64,000 nucleotides of DNA. Origin: a bacterium BMS3Abin14. GTDB lineage: Bacteria; BMS3Abin14. The notes under the pieces are model-generated. The model had not been told where the DNA came from. It made no database searches and worked only from the letters and a program-made list of their open reading frames with translations. Both the position numbers and the translations under genes were made by a program. Position 1 is the stretch's first letter. Each line of letters starts with the position of its first letter. This document shows, piece after piece, positions 1 through 12,262 of this stretch. The stretch is taken from positions 7,329 through 71,328 of the forward strand of contig BDTG01000028.1 of assembly GCA_002897695.1 (NCBI GenBank). The letters are read 5' to 3'.

Positions 1-664
1 ACCGGGAAGGCCTTTCGGCGGCAGCGCCCCCGTCTACGTGACGCCGGATGCGCATCTTTTTAAAATGGATGATGAATGGATTATCCTGCTTAATGATGAT
101 GGAATGCCGAAGCTCAGAATCAACAGCTATTACAGGGAACTTCTCAAACGCGGCTCCAAACTTCCGGAGAAGGACAGGGCATTTCTACTGGAGAAGGTCA
201 GATCTGCCGCATGGTTGATAAAAAGCATCGATCAGCGGCAGCGGACCATCTACAGGGTAGTAAAAAGTATTCTGGGTAAACAGATGGGATTTTTTGAGCG
301 CGGGGTTAAATATTTAAGGCCCATGGTCTTAAGGGATGTGGCGGATGACATCGGGGTGCACGAGTCAACGGTCAGCCGTGTCACCACGCAGAAATATCTT
401 CATTGTCCTGAAGGTTTGTTTGAGCTCAAATACTTCTTCAACCCCGGAATTCGGACTGTTTCCGGGGAGTTTCTGGCGTCGGAAAGTGTGAGGGCCAAGA
501 TACGGGATATTATAAAGGCCGAGAACCACGGGAGACCGGTAAGCGACCAGGCTATTTCCGATATGCTAAAATTGGAGGGTATTGACATAGCCAGGAGAAC
601 CGTTGCCAAATACAGGGAGAACATGGGAATACTGCCTTCCTCCCGAAGGAAAGAATCCCCCTGA
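1..664 (+). CDS. rpoN: RNA polymerase sigma-54 factor, C-terminal part (5' end lies outside the window)
   Basis: ORF 38..664 is open to the window start. RpoN box ARRTVAKYRE and the HTH region (GIHESTVSRV) are near the C-terminus. Confidence 0.9.
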   Translation, partial: PGRPFGGSAPVYVTPDAHLFKMDDEWIILLNDDGMPKLRINSYYRELLKRGSKLPEKDRAFLLEKVRSAAWLIKSIDQRQRTIYRVVKSILGKQMGFFERGVKYLRPMVLRDVADDIGVHESTVSRVTTQKYLHCPEGLFELKYFFNPGIRTVSGEFLASESVRAKIRDIIKAENHGRPVSDQAISDMLKLEGIDIARRTVAKYRENMGILPSSRRKESP

Positions 665-742
665 CGCTGAAACTCTCGGCGGGGTTGACTTTGACCCGCA
701 ATCATGTTTACGTCCATTTACTTTTCTTGAGGAGGACTGTAA

Positions 743-1288
743 ATGCAGATCGAGGTATCGTTTAAAAGGATGGAACAAAGTGATGCTCTGCGAAGCTACG
801 TTGATGAGAAATTGTCAAAAGTTCTCAGACCGCTGATGGACCCCGTCAGTGCGCAGGTTGTTTTGCATGTGGAAAAATACCGGCACATTGCCAAGGTGAC
901 TGTGGCGGCCAACGGTATCATTATCAAGGGCAAGGAGGAGACGAACGATATGTATTCGTCAATCGACCTCGTCCTGGATAAATTGGACCGACAGGTCAAG
1001 AAGTACAGGGAAAAGATTCAGAGCCGTGGTGATCGGGATGCTGTCAGGGTATTCAAGGCCAGCCACAAAATTATTCATGATGCTGCTGAACCGGAAAAAG
1101 CGCATGAGATCATTCAGCAGAAGGAAATAATCCTGAAACCCATCACGGTAGATGAAGCCGTAATGCAGATGGAGCTGATGAATAAATCCTTTCTGCTATT
1201 TAATAATGCCAACTCCAGCGAACTTAATGTAATCTACGTACGGGATGATGGGCATTACGGCCTCATTGAACCCCGGATGCAGGATTAG
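743..1288 (+). CDS. hpf: ribosome hibernation promoting factor, long form
   Basis: MQIEVSFKRMEQSDALRSYVDEKL... is typical of sigma54-modulation protein/HPF. The rpoN-hpf-ptsN order is conserved. A GGAGG RBS precedes the start. Confidence 0.85.
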   Translation: MQIEVSFKRMEQSDALRSYVDEKLSKVLRPLMDPVSAQVVLHVEKYRHIAKVTVAANGIIIKGKEETNDMYSSIDLVLDKLDRQVKKYREKIQSRGDRDAVRVFKASHKIIHDAAEPEKAHEIIQQKEIILKPITVDEAVMQMELMNKSFLLFNNANSSELNVIYVRDDGHYGLIEPRMQD

Positions 1289-1301
1289 GCGAGAGGTTTT
1301 C

Positions 1302-1763
1302 ATGAAGATCGTGGATGTTCTTTCACCGGAGGATATTTTACCCGAACTTGCCGCCTCTTCCATGGAGGAGGTGTTAAGAGAGTTTGCGGAGTATCTTAAA
1401 ACACGAGAGGTTATCAAGGACGTTGATGAGTTGGTGGATGTCCTTCAGAACAGGGAAAAACTGGGGAGTACCGGGATCGGCAACGGTGTTGCTGTTCCTC
1501 ATGGCAGGCTTCCCGATATGGATGGAATAGTTGTTGTTTTCGGACGTTCCACCGGAGGGGTTGACTTTAATGCCCCCGATCGGGAATTGGTTCACCTGTT
1601 TTTTCTCCTGGTTGCGCCGGAGGATTCCGCTGGTGATCATCTCAAGACCCTCGCACGGATTTCACGGATCGTTAAAAGCCCCGATTGCCGCCGGGCACTT
1701 ATGGAATCCATGGACAATGAATCCCTTTACCAGGTGATTTCCGAGGAGGACAAGCGGCACTGA
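1302..1763 (+). CDS. ptsN: PTS IIA-Ntr (nitrogen regulatory IIA)
   Basis: MKIVDVLSPEDILPEL... and a GRxxGxxxxVAVPHGR-like motif. Start chosen at the internal ATG 1302 rather than the long ORF start 1245. Confidence 0.8.
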   Translation: MKIVDVLSPEDILPELAASSMEEVLREFAEYLKTREVIKDVDELVDVLQNREKLGSTGIGNGVAVPHGRLPDMDGIVVVFGRSTGGVDFNAPDRELVHLFFLLVAPEDSAGDHLKTLARISRIVKSPDCRRALMESMDNESLYQVISEEDKRH

Positions 1764-1775
1764 TCCCGGGGCCGG

Positions 1776-2747
1776 ATGATCAGCATCCCCGTAGGCACTT
1801 TCTTTGAACATAACCGGGAGGAACTTGATCTTGAGGTCCTCGCCGGCTGGGACGGGGTTGAAAGACCGATCCGGATCGCACGTATTCAGAAGCCCGGACT
1901 GGCCCTGGCGGGTTATCTCGACCAGATTCACAGGGACCGGGTACAGATTCTCGGAAAGACTGAAATATCCTATCTTGCAGCACTGGAGACCAAGGTGGCA
2001 TGGCAGCGCCTGAACGGGCTGTGTTCCTCGGGGGTTTCCTGCCTCATCGTCGCAAAGGGCCTTGATGTTCCTGATGCGATGCGGGAACTGGCCGACCGGC
2101 ACAAGGTCCCGTTGCTCAGATCACCGGAGATCTCGTCAAACCTCATCAGAAGGGTTACAAACTATCTCGAGGATATTCTGGCGCCGGAGACCTCTGTTCA
2201 CGGCGCCATGATTGATGTGTTCGGCGTAGGCATACTGCTGCTGGGAAAGAGCGGTATCGGCAAAAGCGAGTGTGCCCTCGGGCTGGTGGAAAGAGGCCAC
2301 AGGCTTGTGGGTGATGATGTAGTTATCATTAAAAGAAAGGTTGCCGGTATTCTGTCCGGAAGCTGTGATGAACTCATAGAACACCACATCGAGATCCGGG
2401 GACTGGGCATTATCAATATCAAAGACCTGTATGGTGTCTCATCCATCCGAAAAACAAAAAAACTAGAGCTTATAGTTGAACTGATTGAGTGGCTGCAGGG
2501 AGAGGAAATCGAGCGGACTGGACTCGACGAGCGCACCTATTCCATCCTGGATTCCAGTGTGCCCTATCTGAGAATCCCCGTTCGCCCGGCCCGGGATCTT
2601 TCCCTCATTGTCGAGGTGGCTGCCCGCAACCATCTACTCAAGGGAATGGGGTATGACGCGGCGCAGGAATTCGACATAAACCTGTCCAGGAAGATAAACA
2701 GCAACAGAGTGAAAAGGAAAAAACCAGACCTGGGGTCGGTCGAATGA
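1776..2747 (+). CDS. hprK: HPr kinase/phosphorylase
   Basis: Walker A GVGILLLGKSGIGKSECALGL and HprK C-terminal motifs. Overlaps rapZ by ATGA. Confidence 0.9.
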   Translation: MISIPVGTFFEHNREELDLEVLAGWDGVERPIRIARIQKPGLALAGYLDQIHRDRVQILGKTEISYLAALETKVAWQRLNGLCSSGVSCLIVAKGLDVPDAMRELADRHKVPLLRSPEISSNLIRRVTNYLEDILAPETSVHGAMIDVFGVGILLLGKSGIGKSECALGLVERGHRLVGDDVVIIKRKVAGILSGSCDELIEHHIEIRGLGIINIKDLYGVSSIRKTKKLELIVELIEWLQGEEIERTGLDERTYSILDSSVPYLRIPVRPARDLSLIVEVAARNHLLKGMGYDAAQEFDINLSRKINSNRVKRKKPDLGSVE

Positions 2748-3613
2748 AGAGAACCGAATTTGTCATTATCACCGGAGCATCAGGCACCGGGAAGACAACC
2801 GCGCTGAAGACCCTGGAGGATATCGGTTATTACGCTGTCGATAACCTTCCGGTGGACCTGCTCCACTCCTTTGCCCATCTCGTTGAAACGGGACATCCGG
2901 ATATCAGCCGAGCTGCAATGGTTATGGACATACGGGAGCCCGACCTGCAGTCTCGCTTTCCAGCCGTCATAGAATCCCTGAGAGAGTTCGGCTACAGGGT
3001 TGTCGTCGTATGCCTGGAAACATCGATGGAGGCGCTGCAGAAGCGATTCAGCGAGACGAGGCGAGTTCATCCCCTTGCCTCCGCGTCGCCTTTGTCGGAG
3101 GCCCTTCAAATTGAGCACGAACTCATTAAACCGCTGAGTGAGGCAGCCGATATTCACCTGGATACCACGGATCTTAATCCACATGAGTTAAAGAAACTTA
3201 TCCGGAGACGATTTGGAGGAACGGACAAGGACGGCCGGATGGTCCTGAGCTTTGTCTCCTTCGGATACAAACTGGGGCTTCCCAGGGAGGCGGATCTGGT
3301 TTTCGACGTTCGTTTTCTTCCCAACCCGTTTTTTGTGGAGGATCTCAGGGACAGGGACGGCAGAGACCCCGAGGTTCGGCGTTTCCTTGAGATGTCCGCC
3401 GGAACAGAGGAATTTCTGCAAAAACTGGAGAACTTCCTCACGGACCTTATCCCGAAATATGCTGGTGAGGCCCGGGGTTATCTGACGGTGGCCATCGGGT
3501 GTACCGGTGGACGGCATCGTTCGGTTGCCGTTGTAGAGAGGGTGGCGGGAAAATTCTCGAACGATAAACTGGTTAACGTACAGGTCAGACATCGGGACCT
3601 GCGGGAGGGGTGA
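2744..3613 (+). CDS. rapZ: RNase adapter / nucleotide-binding protein RapZ (YhbJ)
   Basis: N-terminal P-loop ITGASGTGKTTAL and a C-terminal GCTGGRHRSV motif. Confidence 0.9.
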   Translation: MKRTEFVIITGASGTGKTTALKTLEDIGYYAVDNLPVDLLHSFAHLVETGHPDISRAAMVMDIREPDLQSRFPAVIESLREFGYRVVVVCLETSMEALQKRFSETRRVHPLASASPLSEALQIEHELIKPLSEAADIHLDTTDLNPHELKKLIRRRFGGTDKDGRMVLSFVSFGYKLGLPREADLVFDVRFLPNPFFVEDLRDRDGRDPEVRRFLEMSAGTEEFLQKLENFLTDLIPKYAGEARGYLTVAIGCTGGRHRSVAVVERVAGKFSNDKLVNVQVRHRDLREG

Positions 3614-3619
3614 TCACGC

Positions 3620-4030
3620 ATGATTGAAGGTATAGGCATAGTCCTTGTTACCCATGAGGGGCTCGGTGGGGCATTGGTTGACACCTGCGTCGCTATAACC
3701 GGCACATTGGAGAACCTGACCCATGTAGCGGTCATGGCTTCCGACGGTGTCGGGGAGGTCAGGGAAAACATTGATCGCGCGATCAATAGCGTAAAGGGCG
3801 ACAGAGGCGCCATCCTGCTGGTGGATATGTTCGGGGGGACTCCATCAAATATCAGCCTTTCGTTTCTTGCTGAAGGTAAGGTTGAGGTTGTGACAGGCGT
3901 CAATCTCCCCATGTTGCTGAAGGTTGCGGCCTTCGACAGCACAACCTCTCTGGACGAAGCGGCCCGGATGCTCAGAGATTATGGCAGGCAGCACATCAAG
4001 GTGGCTGCGGAATACCTGTCCGGTAAATAG
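3620..4030 (+). CDS. PTS mannose/fructose-family EIIA component
   Basis: IVLVTHEGLGGAL...ILLVDMFGGTP matches the EIIA-Man fold signature. Confidence 0.8.
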   Translation: MIEGIGIVLVTHEGLGGALVDTCVAITGTLENLTHVAVMASDGVGEVRENIDRAINSVKGDRGAILLVDMFGGTPSNISLSFLAEGKVEVVTGVNLPMLLKVAAFDSTTSLDEAARMLRDYGRQHIKVAAEYLSGK

Positions 4031-4033
4031 CGC

Positions 4034-4522
4034 ATGCCGGTGGTTCTTGCCAGGGTGGATGATCGTCTTGTACATGGACAGATCATTGAAAGCTGGGTCC
4101 CGCATCTCCAGGCTGATTTTGTCTGTGTGATTGGCGATAAGATTTTCGAGGACGGTCCCAGATGCCGCCTGATGCGCATGATCGTTCCCGTCCCAATCGT
4201 ATTTTCCGTCGTTTCCACCGCCGGCCTGAAATCATGTCTTGAACATCGAAAGGATAAAAATGTTCTTCTCCTGTTCGGTTCCCTCGCGGACGTACTCACG
4301 GTGGCCAGAAACGGAGTATCCATCGGTGCGGTGAACATCGGCAACCTCCATCACCTGCGGCGGGGATTGAAGGTGAGCCCATCGGTCTTTCTGGACAGAA
4401 ACGACATTGAAATTCTCGGTGAGTTATTATCCCTGGGGATCGGAGTCGAAGCCATGGACCTTCCCGGAGGAAGATCCTATGACCTGTCAAAAATCGCTCT
4501 CTCAAGGGGTGATGTCCAGTGA
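4034..4522 (+). CDS. PTS mannose-family EIIB component
   Basis: ARVDDRLVHGQI matches the EIIB-Man phosphohistidine motif RxDxRLIHGQV. Confidence 0.8.
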   Translation: MPVVLARVDDRLVHGQIIESWVPHLQADFVCVIGDKIFEDGPRCRLMRMIVPVPIVFSVVSTAGLKSCLEHRKDKNVLLLFGSLADVLTVARNGVSIGAVNIGNLHHLRRGLKVSPSVFLDRNDIEILGELLSLGIGVEAMDLPGGRSYDLSKIALSRGDVQ

Positions 4523-5214
4523 GTTCCCTGCCGGTCCTTCTGTTTTCCACAGCCCTTGTCGGCGGCCTTCTTGGCGTGGAGAGAACAGCCTTCGGTCAGT
4601 TTTCTCTGTCCAGGCCCTTGGTCGCCTCCTTTCTTTTCGGCGCCCTTACCGGCCGGCCCGCGGAGGGGGCAATGGTGGGTATCATCTTTGAACTGTTGTA
4701 TATCAGATCCATTCCCGCCGGCTCCTATGTCCCCTACCATCCGCTCTACCCTGCGCTTCTTTCCGTGATGCTGCTCGCCTCGGGGGTTTTGGGCGACCAT
4801 GGCTGGATGAGGATTCCGGCAGCCGCGCTGCTTGCCCTGCCGGCTATCCTGCCGGACCGCCTGGCAGAAATTATCTGGAGGAGGTCAAACGAACGGGCCA
4901 TTATCAGGTCAGTGGCCCTTTGCAGAATGGGGAAACCCGGCCAGGCTCGCACCGTCCACATGGTGGGCATCAGCAGGGCATTCCTTTTTCATGCCATATC
5001 CATCACCCTTTCCGGCGGTATTCTCTATTTCCTTTCCTCCCGGGTTCTTGCTGCGGTTCCGGGAGCGCTTGGTTATTTTTCTGTGCTTGGCATAGCTCCG
5101 TTTTTTGTCGGGTTGGCAGGTGTGTCGGCCAATCGTCTCCGGGGGTTTGGATGGATAGGGTTTGTCCTGGGCCTGCTGGCGGGGGCGCTTGTGGGAAGCG
5201 GCGTTCTGGCATGA
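4519..5214 (+). CDS. PTS mannose-family EIIC component
   Basis: Polytopic membrane protein with the IIC-Man-like pattern. Four-base overlaps with neighbours. Confidence 0.7.
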   Translation: MSSLPVLLFSTALVGGLLGVERTAFGQFSLSRPLVASFLFGALTGRPAEGAMVGIIFELLYIRSIPAGSYVPYHPLYPALLSVMLLASGVLGDHGWMRIPAAALLALPAILPDRLAEIIWRRSNERAIIRSVALCRMGKPGQARTVHMVGISRAFLFHAISITLSGGILYFLSSRVLAAVPGALGYFSVLGIAPFFVGLAGVSANRLRGFGWIGFVLGLLAGALVGSGVLA

Positions 5215-5948
5215 TCGGAATCGGAATCAGGGAGAGAATCCTTTTTCTTGTGCGCTCCCTGTCAATACAGGGATCCTGGAGCTATCGGCACATGCAGGGA
5301 TTGGGATATTTTTTCGTCCTTTACCCCTGGCTCAGGAGGATCACCGGGGATGATTTTCATAAGGTGTTTAAGCGCCATCTCACTTATTTCAACACCCACC
5401 CCATTATGGCCTCCTACCTGTTCGGCGTAAGCGCCCGTCTGGACGAGGAAGGGGATCATGAGGGTTCGGTTCGGGCCAAAAACACTCTCATGGGCCCCAT
5501 GGGAGCAGCGGGAGACAGTCTCTTCTGGGGTTCGCTGAGGCCGCTTGTCACCGTTTCAGGCCTGTGCGTCGCTCTTTTTAACCCTTTGGTCGGGGTGTTT
5601 ACACTTCTCTTTCTTCACAACGCCATCCAGCTTTTCGCCAGGTGGTTTCTGTTTGACAAGGGGTTTGAGAACGCCGCCGACCCGTTGTCCTGTTTTGCCG
5701 ATCACGATATCCTGGGATATTCCAGGAAAATTCGCTCGGCCATAGCGCCGCCGGCAGGTTTTCTCCTGGGAATGGTTGCGGTCAGGACAGGGACGCCCGG
5801 AACCGTTCTCCTGCTTTTCTGTGTTCCCCTGAGCCTTTACCTGATGGGGAGAAAAACACTGACGGTGTGGGCTGTTGTGGCGTTTATCTCTCTGATCCTG
5901 GGTGTGCTGGGGTTAAGGATGGAATTACCGTGGTTTCTGCCGAGGTGA
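5211..5948 (+). CDS. PTS mannose-family EIID component
   Basis: Internal ATG 5211 of the long ORF 4920..5948. RSLSIQGSWSYRHMQGLGY matches the IID motif RSxxIQGSWNYERMQ. Confidence 0.75.
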   Translation: MIGIGIRERILFLVRSLSIQGSWSYRHMQGLGYFFVLYPWLRRITGDDFHKVFKRHLTYFNTHPIMASYLFGVSARLDEEGDHEGSVRAKNTLMGPMGAAGDSLFWGSLRPLVTVSGLCVALFNPLVGVFTLLFLHNAIQLFARWFLFDKGFENAADPLSCFADHDILGYSRKIRSAIAPPAGFLLGMVAVRTGTPGTVLLLFCVPLSLYLMGRKTLTVWAVVAFISLILGVLGLRMELPWFLPR

Positions 5949-6193
5949 TCATCAGCAACACTCTTGGCATGCACGCTCGTGCTGCCGCCGTATTTGTTCG
6001 GGAGGCCGCCCGATTCCATAGCGAGATATGGCTCGAGAAGGGCGAAAACAGGGTCAACGGCAAGAGTATCATGGGTATACTTACCCTTGCGGCCGCCAAA
6101 GGCGAGACCCTTGTTGTGGCGGCTGAGGGCACGGACGAGGATGATGCCGTCAGGACCCTGGTTGAGATCGTGTCTTCCGGGTTCGGGGAATGA
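5930..6193 (+). CDS. ptsH: phosphocarrier protein HPr
   Basis: ...IISNTLGMHARAAAVFV...AAKGETLVVAAEGTDEDDAV is HPr. Start is uncertain; GTG 5930 or 5945 is proposed. Confidence 0.75.
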   Translation: MVSAEVIISNTLGMHARAAAVFVREAARFHSEIWLEKGENRVNGKSIMGILTLAAAKGETLVVAAEGTDEDDAVRTLVEIVSSGFGE

Positions 6194-6295
6194 TCGACAT
6201 AACGCACTGGAAGGTTGTATTAATAGAGGTGTTTTGCTATTAAAGGCTCTGTTTTAATAATAATTTGAAAACCATGATATGGAGGATGATAGAAA

Positions 6296-8720
<2,425 letters not shown>

Positions 8721-8730
8721 CCGGATGCCA

Positions 8731-9822
8731 TCAGATCAGCCGCGGTGATGGTTTTATCAGGATCGCGGTTACGGCGACCATGGAAAAAATAATGTTGGCG
8801 CCCCATGCGGCCAGGGGGGCGGGCAGAATCCCTGAGTTTCCGAGGGACAAAAGAAGGGAATAGACCGACCAGTAGGCGAGGGCGACCACGATTCCCAGCC
8901 CCATGCCCAACGGAGCCCCGCCCTTGACCGGGACCTGAAAACCCACGGGGAGAGCAAGCAGAGCGAAGATAAAAGGGAGAAAGGCGGTTGCCGCCTTATT
9001 GTAGAGCCGCACTTCGAATCGACTGTACGGCACCCCGGATCTCCGAAGGTTATCCACATATTTTCTTATTTCCCTGCTGTTCATCTCATCGGGGCTCCTG
9101 CGTATTCCGAAAAAATCCTGCGGGCTGATTTCAATGGGCGCTTTGATGCGGCCCGGGTCGGTGGCCTGGATGATAGCTCCGTTTGAAAAGGTCCGCGCTA
9201 TCCCGCGGTCCATGATCCAGGCTCCGTTTTCCCATCGGGCCTGGGGGGCATCAAGCCTCCTTACGAGAGTCTTGAACCCCTTACCGGAAAATTCCAGGAC
9301 GGTCGGTTCAAGCAGTAGCTTTCCATTCCCAACGACGCTCCCGATATGGATAACCCTTTTGCCTTCCAGGAGCCAGATCTGGCTGCCGCCGATAATCCTT
9401 GAAACATTCTTTTGACCGGATCTCAGGATGTCCTTGCCGGCCTTTATGGATGATGGAGCCAGCGTTTCCCCCCAATAATAACCGACGGCGCATATCGCCA
9501 GCGTGGCGCCAAGCAGCGGAACGCCGATGCGAAAGCTCCCGAGTCCCGTGCAGAACATGGCGGTAAGCTCTTTTGTCCTTTTCATCCCCGTAAGTACCAT
9601 GAGTGTGGCAAGCAGTGCCGCCAGTGGCGCCATCTGATAGGAGATGGAGGGGAGCTTCAGGAGAAAGTGAAGGGCCAGTTTGAAAGGGGGGATGTTCTGC
9701 CCCAGGAGGCCCCAGACCCGAAAAGCGATCTCACTGGAGAGGTAGACAGAGCTGAGAACGGCAAGCGTTGGCAGGAAAAACACGAACCAGCTTTTGATCA
9801 GATACCGGTCGATGCGGGTCAT
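8731..9822 (-). CDS. lptG: LPS export ABC permease LptG
   Basis: MTRIDRYLIKSWF... is a YjgP/YjgQ family permease. Start taken at MTRIDRY with a 4-bp overlap to lptF. Confidence 0.8.
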   Translation of the reverse strand: MTRIDRYLIKSWFVFFLPTLAVLSSVYLSSEIAFRVWGLLGQNIPPFKLALHFLLKLPSISYQMAPLAALLATLMVLTGMKRTKELTAMFCTGLGSFRIGVPLLGATLAICAVGYYWGETLAPSSIKAGKDILRSGQKNVSRIIGGSQIWLLEGKRVIHIGSVVGNGKLLLEPTVLEFSGKGFKTLVRRLDAPQARWENGAWIMDRGIARTFSNGAIIQATDPGRIKAPIEISPQDFFGIRRSPDEMNSREIRKYVDNLRRSGVPYSRFEVRLYNKAATAFLPFIFALLALPVGFQVPVKGGAPLGMGLGIVVALAYWSVYSLLLSLGNSGILPAPLAAWGANIIFSMVAVTAILIKPSPRLI

Positions 9823-10988
9823 GCCCCAATCCCTTTCCGGACTTTTGGCCTGTGGAAGCAATGGCCGGCAAGGAAGGGGCAGAAAAAGACGAGAGCAATG
9901 ACGGATAAAACGGCGTCGGGCATCCACGCCGCGAATACCGGCGAGAATGCATCACCTGCGGTTAACCTGGAACTGAGGGAAAAGAGGAAGAAACTGATGC
10001 CGAAGAGAACTATGGATGCCAGAAAAGCCGCGGGTTTCCCGTAGCTCCGTGAGGAAATGGCCATGGGGAAGATTATGAAAGGAAAGATCATGATAACCGC
10101 AGGCAGTGAAAACCTCCTGTGGATGGTCATTATCAGCTTTCGCAGTTCCATTGTTCTCCCCTCCGATTTCAGCTCAGGCACCTTTTCGCGCAATTGCCCC
10201 AGGGTAAGGCTGGAATAGAGCTGTTCACTGTTCAGGCCCTCCGCGGATCCATGTTTTTCAATTCGCGTGACAAGGTTGTCGAAAGCTCCGGATATGTACC
10301 CTGGTTCCGGCGCGCTGATCGGCTGAATCGTGCCATGGTGGAGACGGAGTGTTACGTCCCCTCCAAGCACCGTGGGGATCTCGATAATACCGGATTTCGC
10401 CAGGATAATATCCCCCTTGCCCTTTTTCCAGCTTTGCACCATCAGCAAGTGGCCCATTTTTCCGGATGCAGGATCAAAATCATCCACCAGGAGGACGGCG
10501 CCCGGTATACCCCTGAAAAAGGTTCCCGGTTTTAATTCACTCAGTACCCTTTGTCTTGCTATTTCCAGCAGGCTGTCGTTATAGGCCCTGAAACTCATGG
10601 GGGAGATGTAGATTGAAAGGCTTGCCAGGAGAAGAAATATGCACGAGGCCGAAAAAACAAAGGGAACGAAGACGGAGAGCGGGGAGACCCCGGCGTAATA
10701 GATCGAGGTCAATTCCTGGTCCTGCTTCATCTGTCCGATGGTCGCGATCATCGCCATGAGAAATGCCAGTGGGAGGCTGTAGGTCAGCATCTCCGGCAAG
10801 AGGAGGGAAAAGGTCGTCATGAACTGGCTGAAGCTGTTCATCTGGGGGGCGATCTCATTGACCTGTCTTGAGGCCTGATCCATCAGGAAAAGAGCAGTAA
10901 AGATACCGGCGCCAGCCGAGAAGTGGCTGATGAATTTGAGCATGATGTACTTCTGGATCTTAAGCGCCATGAGATGAAAGCCCCGCAC
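9819..10988 (-). CDS. lptF: LPS export ABC permease LptF
   Basis: YjgP/YjgQ family with an N-terminal TM bundle and periplasmic domain. Paired with lptG. Confidence 0.8.
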   Translation of the reverse strand: MRGFHLMALKIQKYIMLKFISHFSAGAGIFTALFLMDQASRQVNEIAPQMNSFSQFMTTFSLLLPEMLTYSLPLAFLMAMIATIGQMKQDQELTSIYYAGVSPLSVFVPFVFSASCIFLLLASLSIYISPMSFRAYNDSLLEIARQRVLSELKPGTFFRGIPGAVLLVDDFDPASGKMGHLLMVQSWKKGKGDIILAKSGIIEIPTVLGGDVTLRLHHGTIQPISAPEPGYISGAFDNLVTRIEKHGSAEGLNSEQLYSSLTLGQLREKVPELKSEGRTMELRKLIMTIHRRFSLPAVIMIFPFIIFPMAISSRSYGKPAAFLASIVLFGISFFLFSLSSRLTAGDAFSPVFAAWMPDAVLSVIALVFFCPFLAGHCFHRPKVRKGIGA

Positions 10989-11261
10989 TGTCTGGAGTTG
11001 AATGAATACAGCTATAGCATAGAATGGAGTGAGGTGTCGAAGTGTCCGCCGTCGCTCAAGGAGCCATGGCGGACAGGCCGAACTGTGGAGTAAGGGGGTA
11101 AGGGAGTATGGGCGTGTGGGGGTATGGGCGAAGGTGGATCAAACTTGACCTGCCAAGGCTGGGATGGTACTTTGCAATTGCTTGGATTTGCACAATTTTT
11201 CAGCAGTGAATCCATCCCTGTGCATGGAAGAACAGGACGTCGGGCAAGTGGGGTTTTCATG

Positions 11262-11296
11262 ATAGAATACTGTGGGCTCAGGCGGCAGTATTCTAT
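11262..11296. promoter_or_regulatory. 11-bp perfect inverted repeat ATAGAATACTG-N13-CAGTATTCTAT just upstream of the cheW-like start
   Basis: Read directly from the sequence. Ends 14 nt before ATG 11310. Confidence 0.4.
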
Positions 11297-11309
11297 GGGG
11301 TCATCGTAA

Positions 11310-11723
11310 ATGGGCGACAGAGTGGTACTTTTTCGCATCGGAAAAATCCATTTTTCGGTGCCCTTCGAAGCGGTTGGTGAGATCGTGGGCAAGGAGCGTA
11401 TTGTCCACAGGGAAGCCCTTCCCGAGAACGTACCGGCGGGCGAGAATGACATCGAGGAATGGGTGTATGCCCGGGGGGACTGGTTTCCTTTAAACCCCCT
11501 CATTTCCGAACCCGGCCTTCCTGGACGAACACAGGTGATCATTTTGAGGCTCAACGGGAAAGGCAGGGCTTTTTTTGTTGATGAGGTGCTGGGGATTGAG
11601 AATCTGTCGGCGCTGCGGCCGGTTCCCCCTGCGGTATCTCGTTGCACTGACTTTCCCCTGTCGGGGTTTCGTATATGGGAGAGTAAAATCGTTTTCGACC
11701 TTGACCTTTCCAGGCTGATTTAA
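11310..11723 (+). CDS. CheW-like coupling domain protein
   Basis: Single CheW-like domain (...FSVPFEAVGEIV...). Confidence 0.7.
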   Translation: MGDRVVLFRIGKIHFSVPFEAVGEIVGKERIVHREALPENVPAGENDIEEWVYARGDWFPLNPLISEPGLPGRTQVIILRLNGKGRAFFVDEVLGIENLSALRPVPPAVSRCTDFPLSGFRIWESKIVFDLDLSRLI

Positions 11724-11748
11724 TATTCATGGAGCCGGGAGGACCTTC

Positions 11749-12177
11749 ATGACCGACAGTCGCCTCATCTCATTCCATGTGGGTGATTGTGATTTTGCCG
11801 TGCCTCTGAGTGAGATCCGCGAGATCGTCGCCGCTGTCTCTGTGACCCCGGTTCCAGATGGCAGACTTCCTCTGGAAGGGTTGATGGTTTACCGGGGTGG
11901 GCAGGCCCTGCCCGTGTTTTCTCTTTTGGGCGCTCTGGGCAGAGATTCCGAATCGGGCGGGAGCCTTATTGTGGTCTCAGAACTTGGACCTGCCTTTGTC
12001 GGGTTTAGGGTTGAGGGGATCGGAGGGGTTGTCGATGGGGTTCAAGGGGACCGCCTGGATGAGTATCATGGTGAATTGAAAGGCCGGGCCGGCGCCATTG
12101 AAGGGACCTTTGAGTCCGGAGATCGGTCCATGATCGTTCTCAGCCTTTCTGCTGTATTTCAGGAGGTGGTTCGTTGA
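11749..12177 (+). CDS. CheW-like coupling domain protein (second copy)
   Basis: ISFHVGDCDFAVPLSEIREIV... is a CheW fold. Tandem with the previous gene. Confidence 0.7.
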   Translation: MTDSRLISFHVGDCDFAVPLSEIREIVAAVSVTPVPDGRLPLEGLMVYRGGQALPVFSLLGALGRDSESGGSLIVVSELGPAFVGFRVEGIGGVVDGVQGDRLDEYHGELKGRAGAIEGTFESGDRSMIVLSLSAVFQEVVR

Positions 12178-12262
12178 AAAGGTCGCTGTTGCAAAATTCA
12201 CTTGGAGGGAGAGGAACCCCTTATAATTCTCCCTTATTGGGCAGGGGAGGGGAGGACCGCGG

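Noticed and set aside
4920-5210. 5' extension of the IID ORF (and similar extensions at 1245, 7359, 17860, 27989, 33247)
   Set aside because: The extended N-termini overlap upstream genes out of frame and lack homology. Internal ATGs with RBS give canonical protein N-termini.
11160-11200. Possible sigma-54 promoter (TGGTACtttgcaaTTGC) upstream of cheW
   Set aside because: Spacing between the GG and GC dinucleotides does not fit the consensus.
11012-11647. 211-aa minus-strand ORF overlapping the first cheW-like gene
   Set aside because: Low-complexity S/P/T-rich translation. Overlaps a plausible cheW start region. No RBS.
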